A stretch of 62,686 nt of DNA, counting the filler. It is 4 parts of 4 records of this genome, joined end to end, with 100 filler letters (N's around TTAATTAATTAA, not from the genome) between each part and the next. Parts side by side here need not be neighbours in the genome. Positions count along the whole stretch, not along the records: positions 1 to 14,964 come from SRR31156797_665; 3 more parts are not named here. One strand, given 5' to 3'. The notes below the pieces were generated by a model that searched no databases, had not been told where the DNA came from, and saw only the letters and a list, made by a program, of their open reading frames with translations. Below are positions 1 through 9,800 of this stretch, in pieces. Both the position numbers and the translations under genes were made by a program. Each line of letters starts with the position of its first letter. Positions within the stretch are counted from its first letter, which is position 1.

Positions 1-348
1 CCCCTGGGTGCGACTGAAGATCACCCGCATTATGATGAACGTGTTGAAGGGGCTGGCGATAGTGATGATGCACTTGAGACAGATTTCTTCCTCATGGATA
101 GCGATGAAGGTGAATCCGGTTCCAGCTGGACTGAGTTGACTGTAGGGGAAGACAATTCGTCTGGGCCAGGTATGGAAGATTTGGGTAACGGTTGGACGGA
201 AGAAGTTGAATCCGATGATGGTGGAGGCAAGGGTAAAGGGCGCGGTAAAAAGGGTGGTGATGATGACGGCAACTCTTTTGAAGGTTCTGATAATCTTGAT
301 GCTTTTGAAAATGAAGCGGAGGACTTTCCTGATCAGTCAGACTGGTAA
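1..348 (+). CDS. C-terminal fragment of an acidic, Gly/Asp-rich protein, probably the T1SS cargo (5' truncated)
   Basis: Frame open from base 1 to TAA at 346-348; D/E/G-rich with two WTE motifs and a terminal Trp; directly upstream of the T1SS genes. Confidence 0.6.
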   Translation, partial: PLGATEDHPHYDERVEGAGDSDDALETDFFLMDSDEGESGSSWTELTVGEDNSSGPGMEDLGNGWTEEVESDDGGGKGKGRGKKGGDDDGNSFEGSDNLDAFENEAEDFPDQSDW

Positions 349-397
349 TTCTGTTTATGCTCTTGTTGTAACTGACTATGAATAATGGGAACAGCTT

Positions 398-2083
398 ATG
401 GATCTATCATACTTCAAAAAGCAGAGAGGGTTTTTCAATGATTTGAGAACACTTCCTGCATTCATGCGTAGCTCATTCGATCTATTTCTGGCCTCTATTT
501 GTATTAATATACTGGGGCTCGCACTGCCTATTGTTCTGATGCAGGTCTATGATCGGATAGTTCCGACAAGGGCTACATCAACTTTACTTTGGTTGGTCGC
601 CGGATTTCTGGTGGCTTTGCTTTTGGAAACAATTCTAAGGCTGAGCCGTTCAACTATAACCAATTGGATGTCTGCCCGTTTCGAGCACAGTATAGCTTAT
701 TCCTGTGTAGAGCGATGGATTAACTGCGTTCTGGAAGATTTCGAAAAAGACGGAGCCGGGGTTCATCTTGACCGCTTGCGGGCAGTGAATACGCTCAGGT
801 CTTTTTATGCCGGTCAGGCCTTTCAGCTTATGCTTGATTTGCCGTTTGCTTTTATATTTCTTGCTGTGGCCGGATTTATAGGAGGCTGGCAGGTTGCTGC
901 ATATCTCGTCGGGGTTGTAGTGGTCTTTCTTTTGGTCATCGCATTTATTCGAACCCGCTACAGCGAAAGCAGGCTCAAGCAAAAGACTCAGGCTGACCGC
1001 CGTTACAACTTTTTAGTTGAAGCCCTTAGTGGAATTCATGCTGTTAAAGCTCTTACATTGGAAGAATCCATGCTTCGTCGTCATGAGCGACTTGAAGCGG
1101 AAGCAGCACAGCTTGACTATGATGTTATTTTTATAGGTAACCTTCCGGTAAATATTGGGAATTTGTTTTTTCAGATCAATTTATTCGGTGTGTTGTTCAT
1201 TGGCGGGACTCTGGCTATTTCCGGGCAGATAACCCTTGGTAGCCTTGCCGGATGTACTCTTTTGAGTGGACGTTTTTTTCAACCGTTTCGTGCTTTGGCC
1301 TCTTTTTGGGTGCGGCATGCGGATATTGAAATTGCCAAAGAACAAATCAAAAACATAGTGGACCTGCGTGAAGAGTCCAACCTCGATGCATCGTCTCTGC
1401 CTGAAGAGATCAAAGGTAAAATTGTTTTGAATAAGGTGTCCTACTCTCTTGAAAATGACGGTGCTGAAGTTTTCAAGGAACTTAACATGCTTATTCAAGA
1501 CGGGGAAATGGTCTGCATCAATACTGAAGGCGGTAGAAAGCCGACTCTTTTGCTGAACCTTATTTATGGGTTGATCAAACCGGATAATGGTCAGGTCTTT
1601 ATCGATGGTCACGATTTAAGCGAGTTCTGCCACTCCGAATATCAGGGGCGCATGGAATATCTCCCGCAACAGGGAACCCTTTTTAATGGAACTATTTTTG
1701 ACAATCTTACTCTTTTTAATCCGGGCAATAGACAGGTTGCGATGGATGCCGCTTCTCTTTTGCAGCTTGATTCCGTCCTTTCCGAACTACCACTTGGCTA
1801 TGAAACAAAGGTCGGAAACAGGCTTTACGAGTTCCTTCCCACAGGTGTTGTCCAACGGATATGTCTTGCGCGGGCTTTAACTGTACGGCCCCGTATCCTT
1901 TTACTGGACAAGGTCAATGAGGCCATGGATCAGGATAGCGAACAACTTTTCTTTTGGCTGATGAACAAGTTGAAAGGGAATTGCACGATTGTCATGGCGA
2001 CTTCCAGTCCCGTGATGCACTCGATGGCTGATTCGGTTTATTCCATAGTAGACGGAAGGCTTAGGCAGGAGAGTGTGAAATGA
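398..2083 (+). CDS. Type I secretion ABC transporter (TMD+NBD) with degenerate NBD
   Basis: HlyB-like TMD (LALPIVLMQVYDRIV); Walker A degenerate (TEGGRKPT), signature LPTG, Walker B ILLLDK. Confidence 0.88.
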   Translation: MDLSYFKKQRGFFNDLRTLPAFMRSSFDLFLASICINILGLALPIVLMQVYDRIVPTRATSTLLWLVAGFLVALLLETILRLSRSTITNWMSARFEHSIAYSCVERWINCVLEDFEKDGAGVHLDRLRAVNTLRSFYAGQAFQLMLDLPFAFIFLAVAGFIGGWQVAAYLVGVVVVFLLVIAFIRTRYSESRLKQKTQADRRYNFLVEALSGIHAVKALTLEESMLRRHERLEAEAAQLDYDVIFIGNLPVNIGNLFFQINLFGVLFIGGTLAISGQITLGSLAGCTLLSGRFFQPFRALASFWVRHADIEIAKEQIKNIVDLREESNLDASSLPEEIKGKIVLNKVSYSLENDGAEVFKELNMLIQDGEMVCINTEGGRKPTLLLNLIYGLIKPDNGQVFIDGHDLSEFCHSEYQGRMEYLPQQGTLFNGTIFDNLTLFNPGNRQVAMDAASLLQLDSVLSELPLGYETKVGNRLYEFLPTGVVQRICLARALTVRPRILLLDKVNEAMDQDSEQLFFWLMNKLKGNCTIVMATSSPVMHSMADSVYSIVDGRLRQESVK

Positions 2084-2598
2084 TAGGTGTTCAGGCTGAT
2101 AAGATTGCTGAGTGGGAACTGGCTTGGAAACGCTGGGTCCTTCAGTCAGCCCGTTGCTGGGAAGATGTCGCCGGGATCATTCAGGCAATCGGGATTGATG
2201 TTGTCGATGAGGAGCATATGCTGTTCACCCAATATGCTCTGGACATCAACCTGATTATTCGGGCTTTGAATGACCGTGAAGCTTCTTTTGAGGATTTGCA
2301 TAAAGGAGATGAGATTTTTCAGAGGCTTTTGGATTACGCTGAGATCCATTTTGATCATGAGCTTAAAATAATGAAAGAAATCAATAGTCCATTAATGTCC
2401 GTTCACGTTGAACAGCACGATATTTTTATGAAAATGATCAACGGGTATTACGATGAGTTTAAAAGGGGGAAGGTGCATATTGTCAGCGGACTGAAGCTTT
2501 CAATTTTGGATTGGTGGGTAAACCATATCAATGGAATTGACTATCAGACATTTGTGGTCAGGAATCATTCAGCGGCAAATGGAGGTGAAAATGGCTAG
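2080..2598 (+). CDS. Bacteriohemerythrin
   Basis: Di-iron ligand pattern DEEH / HFDHE / HVEQH / HINGID; ATGA overlap with upstream gene. Confidence 0.9.
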   Translation: MIGVQADKIAEWELAWKRWVLQSARCWEDVAGIIQAIGIDVVDEEHMLFTQYALDINLIIRALNDREASFEDLHKGDEIFQRLLDYAEIHFDHELKIMKEINSPLMSVHVEQHDIFMKMINGYYDEFKRGKVHIVSGLKLSILDWWVNHINGIDYQTFVVRNHSAANGGENG

Positions 2599-4708
2599 AG
2601 CAATATCATCTCCGTTTGTGGTCCCCGGCGGGCTTGGTGTATGTATCCCACCGCTTCTGGATGCAATCGGCTGGCGGGGAAGTGATGTACATCTTTCCGA
2701 GGCTATGCCTCATCTGTCTGAAGAGATAAATCTTTCGGACCTTCTTAATGTTATGGCCAATCTGAAGTTTGGCAGCAGATCCATTGATGTTAATTTGAAC
2801 AGTCTTGATAGACGCACTTTACCTTGTCTCTTCATCGATGAGCAAGGGAACGGGATGGTTCTGACTAAGAGTGACGGTAAAAAATTATTAGTATTTGATG
2901 GTGAAAAAGAAAACTATCAGGAACTTGTGCCTGACTCCCGTGCCGGGACAGCTTTTTTCTTTGATCAGGTTGATGTCAGGGGGCATTCGCTGCACCGGAA
3001 GCAGGGGCAATGGTTCAGGAAGGTACTGGATAGATTCGGCAAGACAATGCGTCACGGCTTGCTCATTTCTTTTTTACTCAGTGTGCTGACCCTGATCATG
3101 CCGCTTTTCATCATGACCATTTATGATCAGATGCCGTTTTTCGATAACAACACCACATTGGCATATATTGTTATTGGAGTGATGGTTTTTATCCTCAGTG
3201 ATTTCGGCCTGAGAATTATTCGCTCCGGTATGATGAGTTTTATCGGGGCGCGGTTGGGGAATATAGTCGGAAACGAAGTTTTTCGACGGATTCTTTATTT
3301 GCCGCCGTCTTTTACTGAGTCAGCTTCAATCGGATCTCAGGCTTCCCGTATCAAGGATTTTGATTCAGTGAGGGATTTTTTTTCCGGGCAGGCCTTTACT
3401 TCTCTGCTGGAGATGCCCTTTATCCTGCTGCTTCTGCTGGTCATGTGGGTTCTTGGCGGGCCTGTGGTTTTCATTCCTTTGGCTGCGATTGTGGGGTTTG
3501 CTGTATTGGCGGCAATCTATATGCCGCTAGTCAAAAGAGCTAATGCCGCTGTGGCTAAAAGCGGTGCGGCCCGGCAGGAACTGGTCATGGAAATCTTGAC
3601 CAAGATCCGGGCGATCAAACTCACCAGCACGCCGGGTATTTGGGAAAAACGTTATCGGCAGCTTTCTGCTGAATGTGCAGCCGAGACCTATCGGGCAGCG
3701 CAACTGGCATCGCAGATCAATGTTTTCACCAATACCCTCATTATGGCTTCCGGGGTTGCGACAATGGCTGTTTCCGTAACCGGTGTTCTTGCGGGAAATA
3801 TGACCATGGGTGGGTTGGTTGCTTCGATGATTTTGGTCTGGCGAATTCTTGCCCCTTTACGTTCTGCTTTTGTGGTCATGCTTCAGGTGGAACGAATAAA
3901 TAAAAGTGTGAAGCAAGTCGACAGGCTGATGGACTTGGACATTGAACAGCATTCCGAATCCTTGCTGATGGTTAACCGTAAGATGCGTGGTGATGTCGAT
4001 TTTTCTCAGGTTTCAATCCGTTATTCCAGTGATGCCCATCCGGCGCTTCTTGGAGTTAGTTTTGATGTGAATCATGGGGAGGTTCTGGCAATAGCAGGTC
4101 ATGACGGATCTGGAAAATCAACAATCCTTAAATTGATCATGGGGCTTTACCGTCCGCAGGCCGGTCGTATTGCTTTGAGTAAAACAAGTATTCGTCAGAT
4201 GGATCCTTTACAAATCAGGCGTGCCATTGGGTATTCTCCGCAGGAACCGCAGTTTTTTTATGGAACCATTGCCCAGAACCTGAGGCTTGCCAACCCGGTG
4301 GCGACTGATGCTGAGTTGCAAAGTGCCTGTGCCGGTGCTGGAGTTCTGGAGGCAGTTGAGGCGTTGCCGAATGGTTTTAGTACCAGAATCGGTGATTACC
4401 GCATGAAGCAGATGTCACAGAAGTTCCTCAAAAAGTTGAATTTGAGCCGAGCCTTATTGAAGCGCTCTCCTTTGTTGCTTTTTGATGAGGTTCTTGAACG
4501 GCCTTCTCTTGAAGAAAGGGATTTCTTTATTAAGTTGATCAATTCCAAGCGAAAGAAAAGTACAATAATTGTAGTCACCAACCAGTGTCATTACCTGCAG
4601 GCTGCGGATAAGATTTTGTGGATGGAAAAGGGTAGAGCTAAGCTCTTCGGACCGACTGAAGATGTGTTGTCGAGGCTTCCTGATGAATATAAATCCTGTC
4701 TGTTCTGA
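2591..4708 (+). CDS. Type I secretion ABC transporter with N-terminal C39-like domain
   Basis: Start moved to ATG 2591 (GGAGGTG RBS); LPCL C39-like segment, TMD, Walker A GHDGSGKST, Walker B LLLFDE, degenerate signature MSQKF. Confidence 0.9.
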   Translation: MARAISSPFVVPGGLGVCIPPLLDAIGWRGSDVHLSEAMPHLSEEINLSDLLNVMANLKFGSRSIDVNLNSLDRRTLPCLFIDEQGNGMVLTKSDGKKLLVFDGEKENYQELVPDSRAGTAFFFDQVDVRGHSLHRKQGQWFRKVLDRFGKTMRHGLLISFLLSVLTLIMPLFIMTIYDQMPFFDNNTTLAYIVIGVMVFILSDFGLRIIRSGMMSFIGARLGNIVGNEVFRRILYLPPSFTESASIGSQASRIKDFDSVRDFFSGQAFTSLLEMPFILLLLLVMWVLGGPVVFIPLAAIVGFAVLAAIYMPLVKRANAAVAKSGAARQELVMEILTKIRAIKLTSTPGIWEKRYRQLSAECAAETYRAAQLASQINVFTNTLIMASGVATMAVSVTGVLAGNMTMGGLVASMILVWRILAPLRSAFVVMLQVERINKSVKQVDRLMDLDIEQHSESLLMVNRKMRGDVDFSQVSIRYSSDAHPALLGVSFDVNHGEVLAIAGHDGSGKSTILKLIMGLYRPQAGRIALSKTSIRQMDPLQIRRAIGYSPQEPQFFYGTIAQNLRLANPVATDAELQSACAGAGVLEAVEALPNGFSTRIGDYRMKQMSQKFLKKLNLSRALLKRSPLLLFDEVLERPSLEERDFFIKLINSKRKKSTIIVVTNQCHYLQAADKILWMEKGRAKLFGPTEDVLSRLPDEYKSCLF

Positions 4709-4734
4709 TTCAACTTCAAGCAAAGGAAATTGCC

Positions 4735-6072
4735 ATGGGTTCTGAAAATCGAAAGGTCCGCACCAGCAAGAAAGATTCATTGCATTTGTCGCAGGCATTG
4801 CTTCTTGAAGAGACAGGAGTTCCGCAGCTAGTCCGTTATGTAATTATTACCCTTACCCTTGTCATAGCGGGGTTCGTGGCTTGGGCGTCGGTGACCCGGA
4901 TCGATGAAGTTGCTGTTTGTTCCGGTAAGATTATTCCCTCCGGACACATAAAACGCGTGCAGAGTGAGGATGGCGGGATCATCTCAGATATTCTCGTTCG
5001 CGACGGACAGGCTGTGAAAAAGGGACAGGACCTCATCTCCATGGACCCGACAGTTTCAGTTTCCAACCTTGATCAGCATCTGGTGCGGCAGGCTTCCCTT
5101 GATCTGCGCAAAGAACGTTTGGCCGCGCTGATTGACGGTAGAAAACCTGATTATTCAAAAGTTGATGAACGGTATAAGGAACTGGCTGCTCAGCAACGCC
5201 GACTCCATTCCCAGAAAATAGAATCCATGAAGGCTTCGCGGGCAATTCTCAATAACCAGATCAAGCAATATGAAGCAGAGCTTAAGGAACTCAGTAACCG
5301 TGAAAATAATTTGCGCCAGCAGCATGAGCTTCTCAAGGAGGAGTATGAATCTTACGAGGATCTTTTCAAGAAGCAGTTGGTTGGAAAGAGTGAATATTTC
5401 AGCGTGAAAAGGCAGTTCTTACAAGTTCAGGAAAATCTTCACCAGATTCCGGTACGCCGCATTCAGGTTGGGGAAAAGTTGACAGAAAGTAAGAACAGGC
5501 TGGTTAAACTCAAGGAAGAAGCACTTGAAAGCTGGATGTCCGAACTCGCCATAGTTGAGGCGGAGGCTTCAGAGATTCATGAAATTGTCAAGAGATTTGA
5601 GATGGATGTCTTTCAGCTGTCTGTGAAGGCTCCTGAAGACGGGGTTGTGCATAATTTGCAGATCAATTCTCCGGGTGAGGTGGTAAAGCCCGGTGAGACA
5701 ATTCTCGAACTGGTCCCGGTGGGTAAGGAGCTTATTGCCGAGGTGCGAATCTCTTCACGGGACGTAGGACATATCAAAATAGGACAGGTCGTAACGGTTA
5801 AATTTACTGCTTACGATTTCGCGCGCTATGGCGGAATCAAGGGCAAGCTGACCGACATTTCGCCAACCACAATTGTGGATGAGAAGGGCAGCGTTTATTA
5901 CGAAGGAACTGTTGTAATGGATCAGAGTTATCTGGCAAAGGGAGCACAGAAGTTACGAGTTCTTCCGGGTATGACCGTCATGGCGGATATCAGGACCGGC
6001 GAGAAAACTCTGATCGGCTACTTTATGAAACCGATTTATCTTTCTTTGCAACAGTCTTTTCGGGAGAGGTAG
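4735..6072 (+). CDS. HlyD-family T1SS periplasmic adaptor
   Basis: Single TM, coiled coil, APEDGVV, DFARYG, PGMTVMADIRTGEKT and C-terminal FRER motifs. Confidence 0.95.
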   Translation: MGSENRKVRTSKKDSLHLSQALLLEETGVPQLVRYVIITLTLVIAGFVAWASVTRIDEVAVCSGKIIPSGHIKRVQSEDGGIISDILVRDGQAVKKGQDLISMDPTVSVSNLDQHLVRQASLDLRKERLAALIDGRKPDYSKVDERYKELAAQQRRLHSQKIESMKASRAILNNQIKQYEAELKELSNRENNLRQQHELLKEEYESYEDLFKKQLVGKSEYFSVKRQFLQVQENLHQIPVRRIQVGEKLTESKNRLVKLKEEALESWMSELAIVEAEASEIHEIVKRFEMDVFQLSVKAPEDGVVHNLQINSPGEVVKPGETILELVPVGKELIAEVRISSRDVGHIKIGQVVTVKFTAYDFARYGGIKGKLTDISPTTIVDEKGSVYYEGTVVMDQSYLAKGAQKLRVLPGMTVMADIRTGEKTLIGYFMKPIYLSLQQSFRER

Positions 6073-6119
6073 GTTTGAATTTGTCCGCAAAGTGTACGTA
6101 AACTGCGTACAATATTCGG

Positions 6120-6285
6120 TAGATCTTGTTACATTTTCTAGACAGTCAGTTAAGCCACAAAGATATTTTCCTGATAGTTAATTTCAAATTCCGCAGGTGA
6201 CAGCCATCCATTATTAAAATGCCGTCTCCTGCGGTTGTAATATGCATCAATATATTGAAAGAGAGCAAACTCAGGTGCTGCTTCA
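6120..6285 (-). pseudogene. IS3-family transposase C-terminal relic with right inverted repeat
   Basis: Minus strand reads ALFQYIDAYYNRRRRHFNNGWLSPAEFE...* (stop 6150-6152), the typical IS3 OrfB end; 6120-6145 TAGATCTTGTTACATTTTCTAGACAG resembles an IS3 terminal IR. Confidence 0.8.
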
Positions 6286-6483
6286 GCAGAAATATCAATG
6301 GACTAGGATATTTTAAGGGTACTACCGTCCGTATTCCATGGATGCAGTTATATTCTGACTGTAATCTCCGGGGAAATCTTCCGGGGGATTGAGCTACGAC
6401 CCTTCAGCATTTGCTGGGGCATAGGCTATGTTTCAGAGTTATTTTCAGTTCCTACAGAAAAGCTAACATCCTTAAAAGGCTAT

Positions 6484-6512
6484 AAAAAAAGCCTGCTCAT
6501 CCGAACAGGCTT
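6484..6512 (-). terminator. Rho-independent terminator, likely downstream of the tRNA before island insertion
   Basis: AAGCCTG/CAGGCTT stem followed by a U-run on the minus strand. Confidence 0.65.
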
Positions 6513-6525
6513 GAAATATTAGGCT

Positions 6526-6571
6526 AGTAAAAAGGTGAGTAAAATTTGTTAATTTTACTCACCTTTTTACT
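6526..6571. repeat. Perfect 21-bp inverted repeat just outside the island att copy
   Basis: AGTAAAAAGGTGAGTAAAATT-tgtt-AATTTTACTCACCTTTTTACT. Confidence 0.9.
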
Positions 6572-6589
6572 GTAACTTATTGAAATAAT

Positions 6590-6612
6590 TGGCGGGCAAT
6601 ACAGGATTCGAA
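6590..6612 (-). repeat. att direct repeat (duplicated 3' end of tRNA-Arg)
   Basis: TGGCGGGCAATACAGGATTCGAA is identical to 12898-12920. Confidence 0.95.
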
Positions 6613-6662
6613 AAAGTTAGTTAAACGTCTGAAATAATATTTAAATAAAAAATTAAAGTTTT

Positions 6663-6684
6663 TTTTACCCACTTTTTTACCCAC
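6663..6684. promoter_or_regulatory. Putative integrase arm-type sites (2x TTTTACCCAC)
   Basis: Same core occurs four times at 12735-12785 at the other island end. Confidence 0.7.
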
Positions 6685-6814
6685 AAGTTGTTGAATTTCA
6701 CCATGCGGTAAATCATTTAATGGGTCCTAAAAAAAATCTGAAACGTCGTATAAAAAATAGTCTAACAACTTGAACTCAAAAGACAACTGATATACCACAC
6801 TAGTTGGAGGAAAT

Positions 6815-9800
6815 ATGAAAAACATAAGCTGGTTACACTTTTCTGATTTACATATTGGTTGTCCTAAAAATGAAGGTTCATGGTCATTTATAAAAGCTGA
6901 TCTTTATCGCGATATTGAACAGATTTATGATTTGTCTGGAAAAATAGATTTTGTGTTGTTTTCAGGAGATGTTACTTTTTCAGGTCAACCAAATCAATTT
7001 AGTGAAGCTTCTAATTTTTTGCATGAATTGTGGGAAAAGTTTGATAAGCTCGGTTCTAACCCACTTTTCTTTTGTGTACCAGGAAATCATGACCTTGTAC
7101 GACAAGATAGTCCTTCTGCAGCAGCGCGTATGCTTAAAATGTGGGATGATCAACCTGACATGCAAAAAGAACTATGGGATGAAGCCTCAGAGTACTACCA
7201 GTTTATTAAAAGTTCTTTTGCAAACTACCAGTCTTGGTATGACAGCATAAAACTGCCAAAGCCTGAATTATTCAAAAAAGGATATCTTCCAGGTGATTTT
7301 TCTTCATCATTCTCAGCTAATGGAGTTCAGATAGGAATTGTTGGTCTAAACAGTGCTTTTCTACATTTTGCAGATTTAAAACAGGCTGATGGAACTGCAT
7401 TGAGTAAAAAACAGTTGAGTTATGTCACAGATTCAGATCCACATGGGTGGTGTGATAAAAATACTATCTCTATGCTGACTACCCACCATGGTCCAGATTG
7501 GTATACGAAATCTTCGAAAGAAGAATATAGAAGTGAAATATACGTCCCTTCGCTGTTTTATGCCCATTTTTATGGTCATATGCATGATCCTGCTGATATT
7601 TCTTTTTCAGAGGGAGGTTCCGAAGAAAGACGTATGAGGCAAGGTGTTTCTTTATTTGGGTTGGAAGATACAGTTTATGGAAAGAAAAGGGTACATGGGT
7701 ACGCATTTTATAACCTTGATATTGACAAAGATAGGGTGGTTGAAAGTGTAAAGCCACGAAATGCACTTAAGCTTCATGATGGCAGATACAAACTTACCCC
7801 TAATCATGAGTATGACTTAGATGAAGAAAATACTTTAACTAGAATATTTAATTTTAGTAGGGCTGAAGAACAAAATAAAAGTATAAATGACGCTGAGACT
7901 GAGACTTATGCTACAGCAGTTGACACTCCCATTACAGATGAGTTTAGCAAAGAAATTCTTGATAAGATTGGAAATGACACACCTTCTTTCGATATGCGAC
8001 ATGCGAAAATAAGAATTTCGGAACTAAAAAAAGCAAGTCAGCTTTTGCAACAAACAAATTTTTTATGGCTCAAGTGTGACTGGGGAATGGGAAAAGAAGG
8101 TTTTTTAGGTGCGCTGTTAAAGCATGAGATAGAAAGAAAGCAAAGAACAGTCTATCGCATTGACCTAGACGATGTCTTGGTAATTGACGAAGTTCATAGC
8201 AGCTCTAAAGAAAGACTTGGTTTAAATTTAGAAGAGTTTATTGCAAACTTACCTCCCGAAATTCATATTACGTTTATACTTGACAATATTAGTACAGAGT
8301 TAATTTCAAATTATGGAGAAGAATTATTTAAAAAAATAGATATATTGAAAGATGTGCATTTAAACTCACAATATATCTGCACATCACGATACACAGCTCC
8401 TTCCTTTATTGAAGATTCTGTCGAAATTCTTCCTTTAAATGTTTATGATGTAAAGGAATATGTGTCAAGCAATCCTAATACAACTCAAGACATGCTAACA
8501 GAAGAGTATATTGATGCTATTTCTGATAAGTCTGGAAACATTCCAATGCTTCTTGATAACATCATTGAAAAGCTAAGAGTGGTCTCTCTCGATGAAATAT
8601 ATAGTGATGACTATGAGTTTGATGGCTTAACTGCGTATGTTGCTGAACCTATACCAAAATCCTTACAATACGCCATATCGAAGCTTGAAAATTCTAGTGA
8701 TTCCGTATCTCAGCGGTGTTATAAGTTGCTTAAAGTTCTTTCGTTCCTTCCTTCAGGCGAAAGCCTAAAAACGATAAGGTATACTTTTCAAAGAGCGCCG
8801 TTTTATCCCGACTACGCTGTTAAGCTGCAAGATCTTTCATTAATTAATACTACATCTTCTCCTTTATCACTTAAATTACAAGCAGGTTCATGGTTAGCTG
8901 TTATCACCAAGCAAGAAAAAATATTAAAAGTTTCCAGACATATTAGAGAATATGTCATTTCAAAAATGTCTAACAAAGAAAAGGAAGATATAGTTAAAAA
9001 AATTACGAATATTCTTTTTGGTCCAGATTGGCGGCAAGGCAAATTAAAAATGGCTAAGAATAAAATTTTAAGTGGACGCGGGGTCAAATCAACTGGCCCA
9101 GGAAACGAACATGCATTAATTAAACACGTTTTAAGAAAAGCAACTGAGAATAATGAGAAGAGAGACATTGATTCAGCCCTTAGAATAGCATCAACATATT
9201 GCTCAAAGATTTGTAATTCTAACAGATACAGAGATGCTGTCCTTGCAACTAAAGAAATACTCACAATGGTTGAGGGGTTTGATAGCCAATATATTGGTAG
9301 TCTTTGCGTAACACATGGCAAAGCCCTTAGGATGTTAAGCAGAAGAGAATCAGCTATAGAGTATCTTGAATATTCAATAAAAACAAATTTAATAAAAGAC
9401 AAGGATGACCTTGTTTCAGCATACATAAATATTGCTTGTGCATACGACTCTGAAGGTGAGACAGACAACGCTATTGCTGCTGCTAATAAGGTCAAGGAGT
9501 TGACTCCAAAAGGAGACTCTTCTTTCAATCAAGCTGAAAGTATAATCGCAGAAATGAATAATAAAATGGACGATCTTGTTGATATAGAGAAAAAATCTAG
9601 AAACAAGGGTCACATTGTTACAGCAAATAATATAGCTCTAACTCTCGCTTCAGAAGAAGATGATATCGATAAAAAAATACAATACTATAACTGTGTGATT
9701 GAATCTAAAGGAGATACATATAATACAATTAGAGCCGCTTCTCGGAAAGTAAAGTATATGACTAAAAATAATTGCTTAGAAAAAATAGACAACAGAGATA

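Noticed and set aside
6190-6430. Hairpin-rich stretch resembling a riboswitch or sRNA
   Set aside because: The left part is explained by the IS3 coding relic on the minus strand; the remaining hairpins match no RNA family I can support
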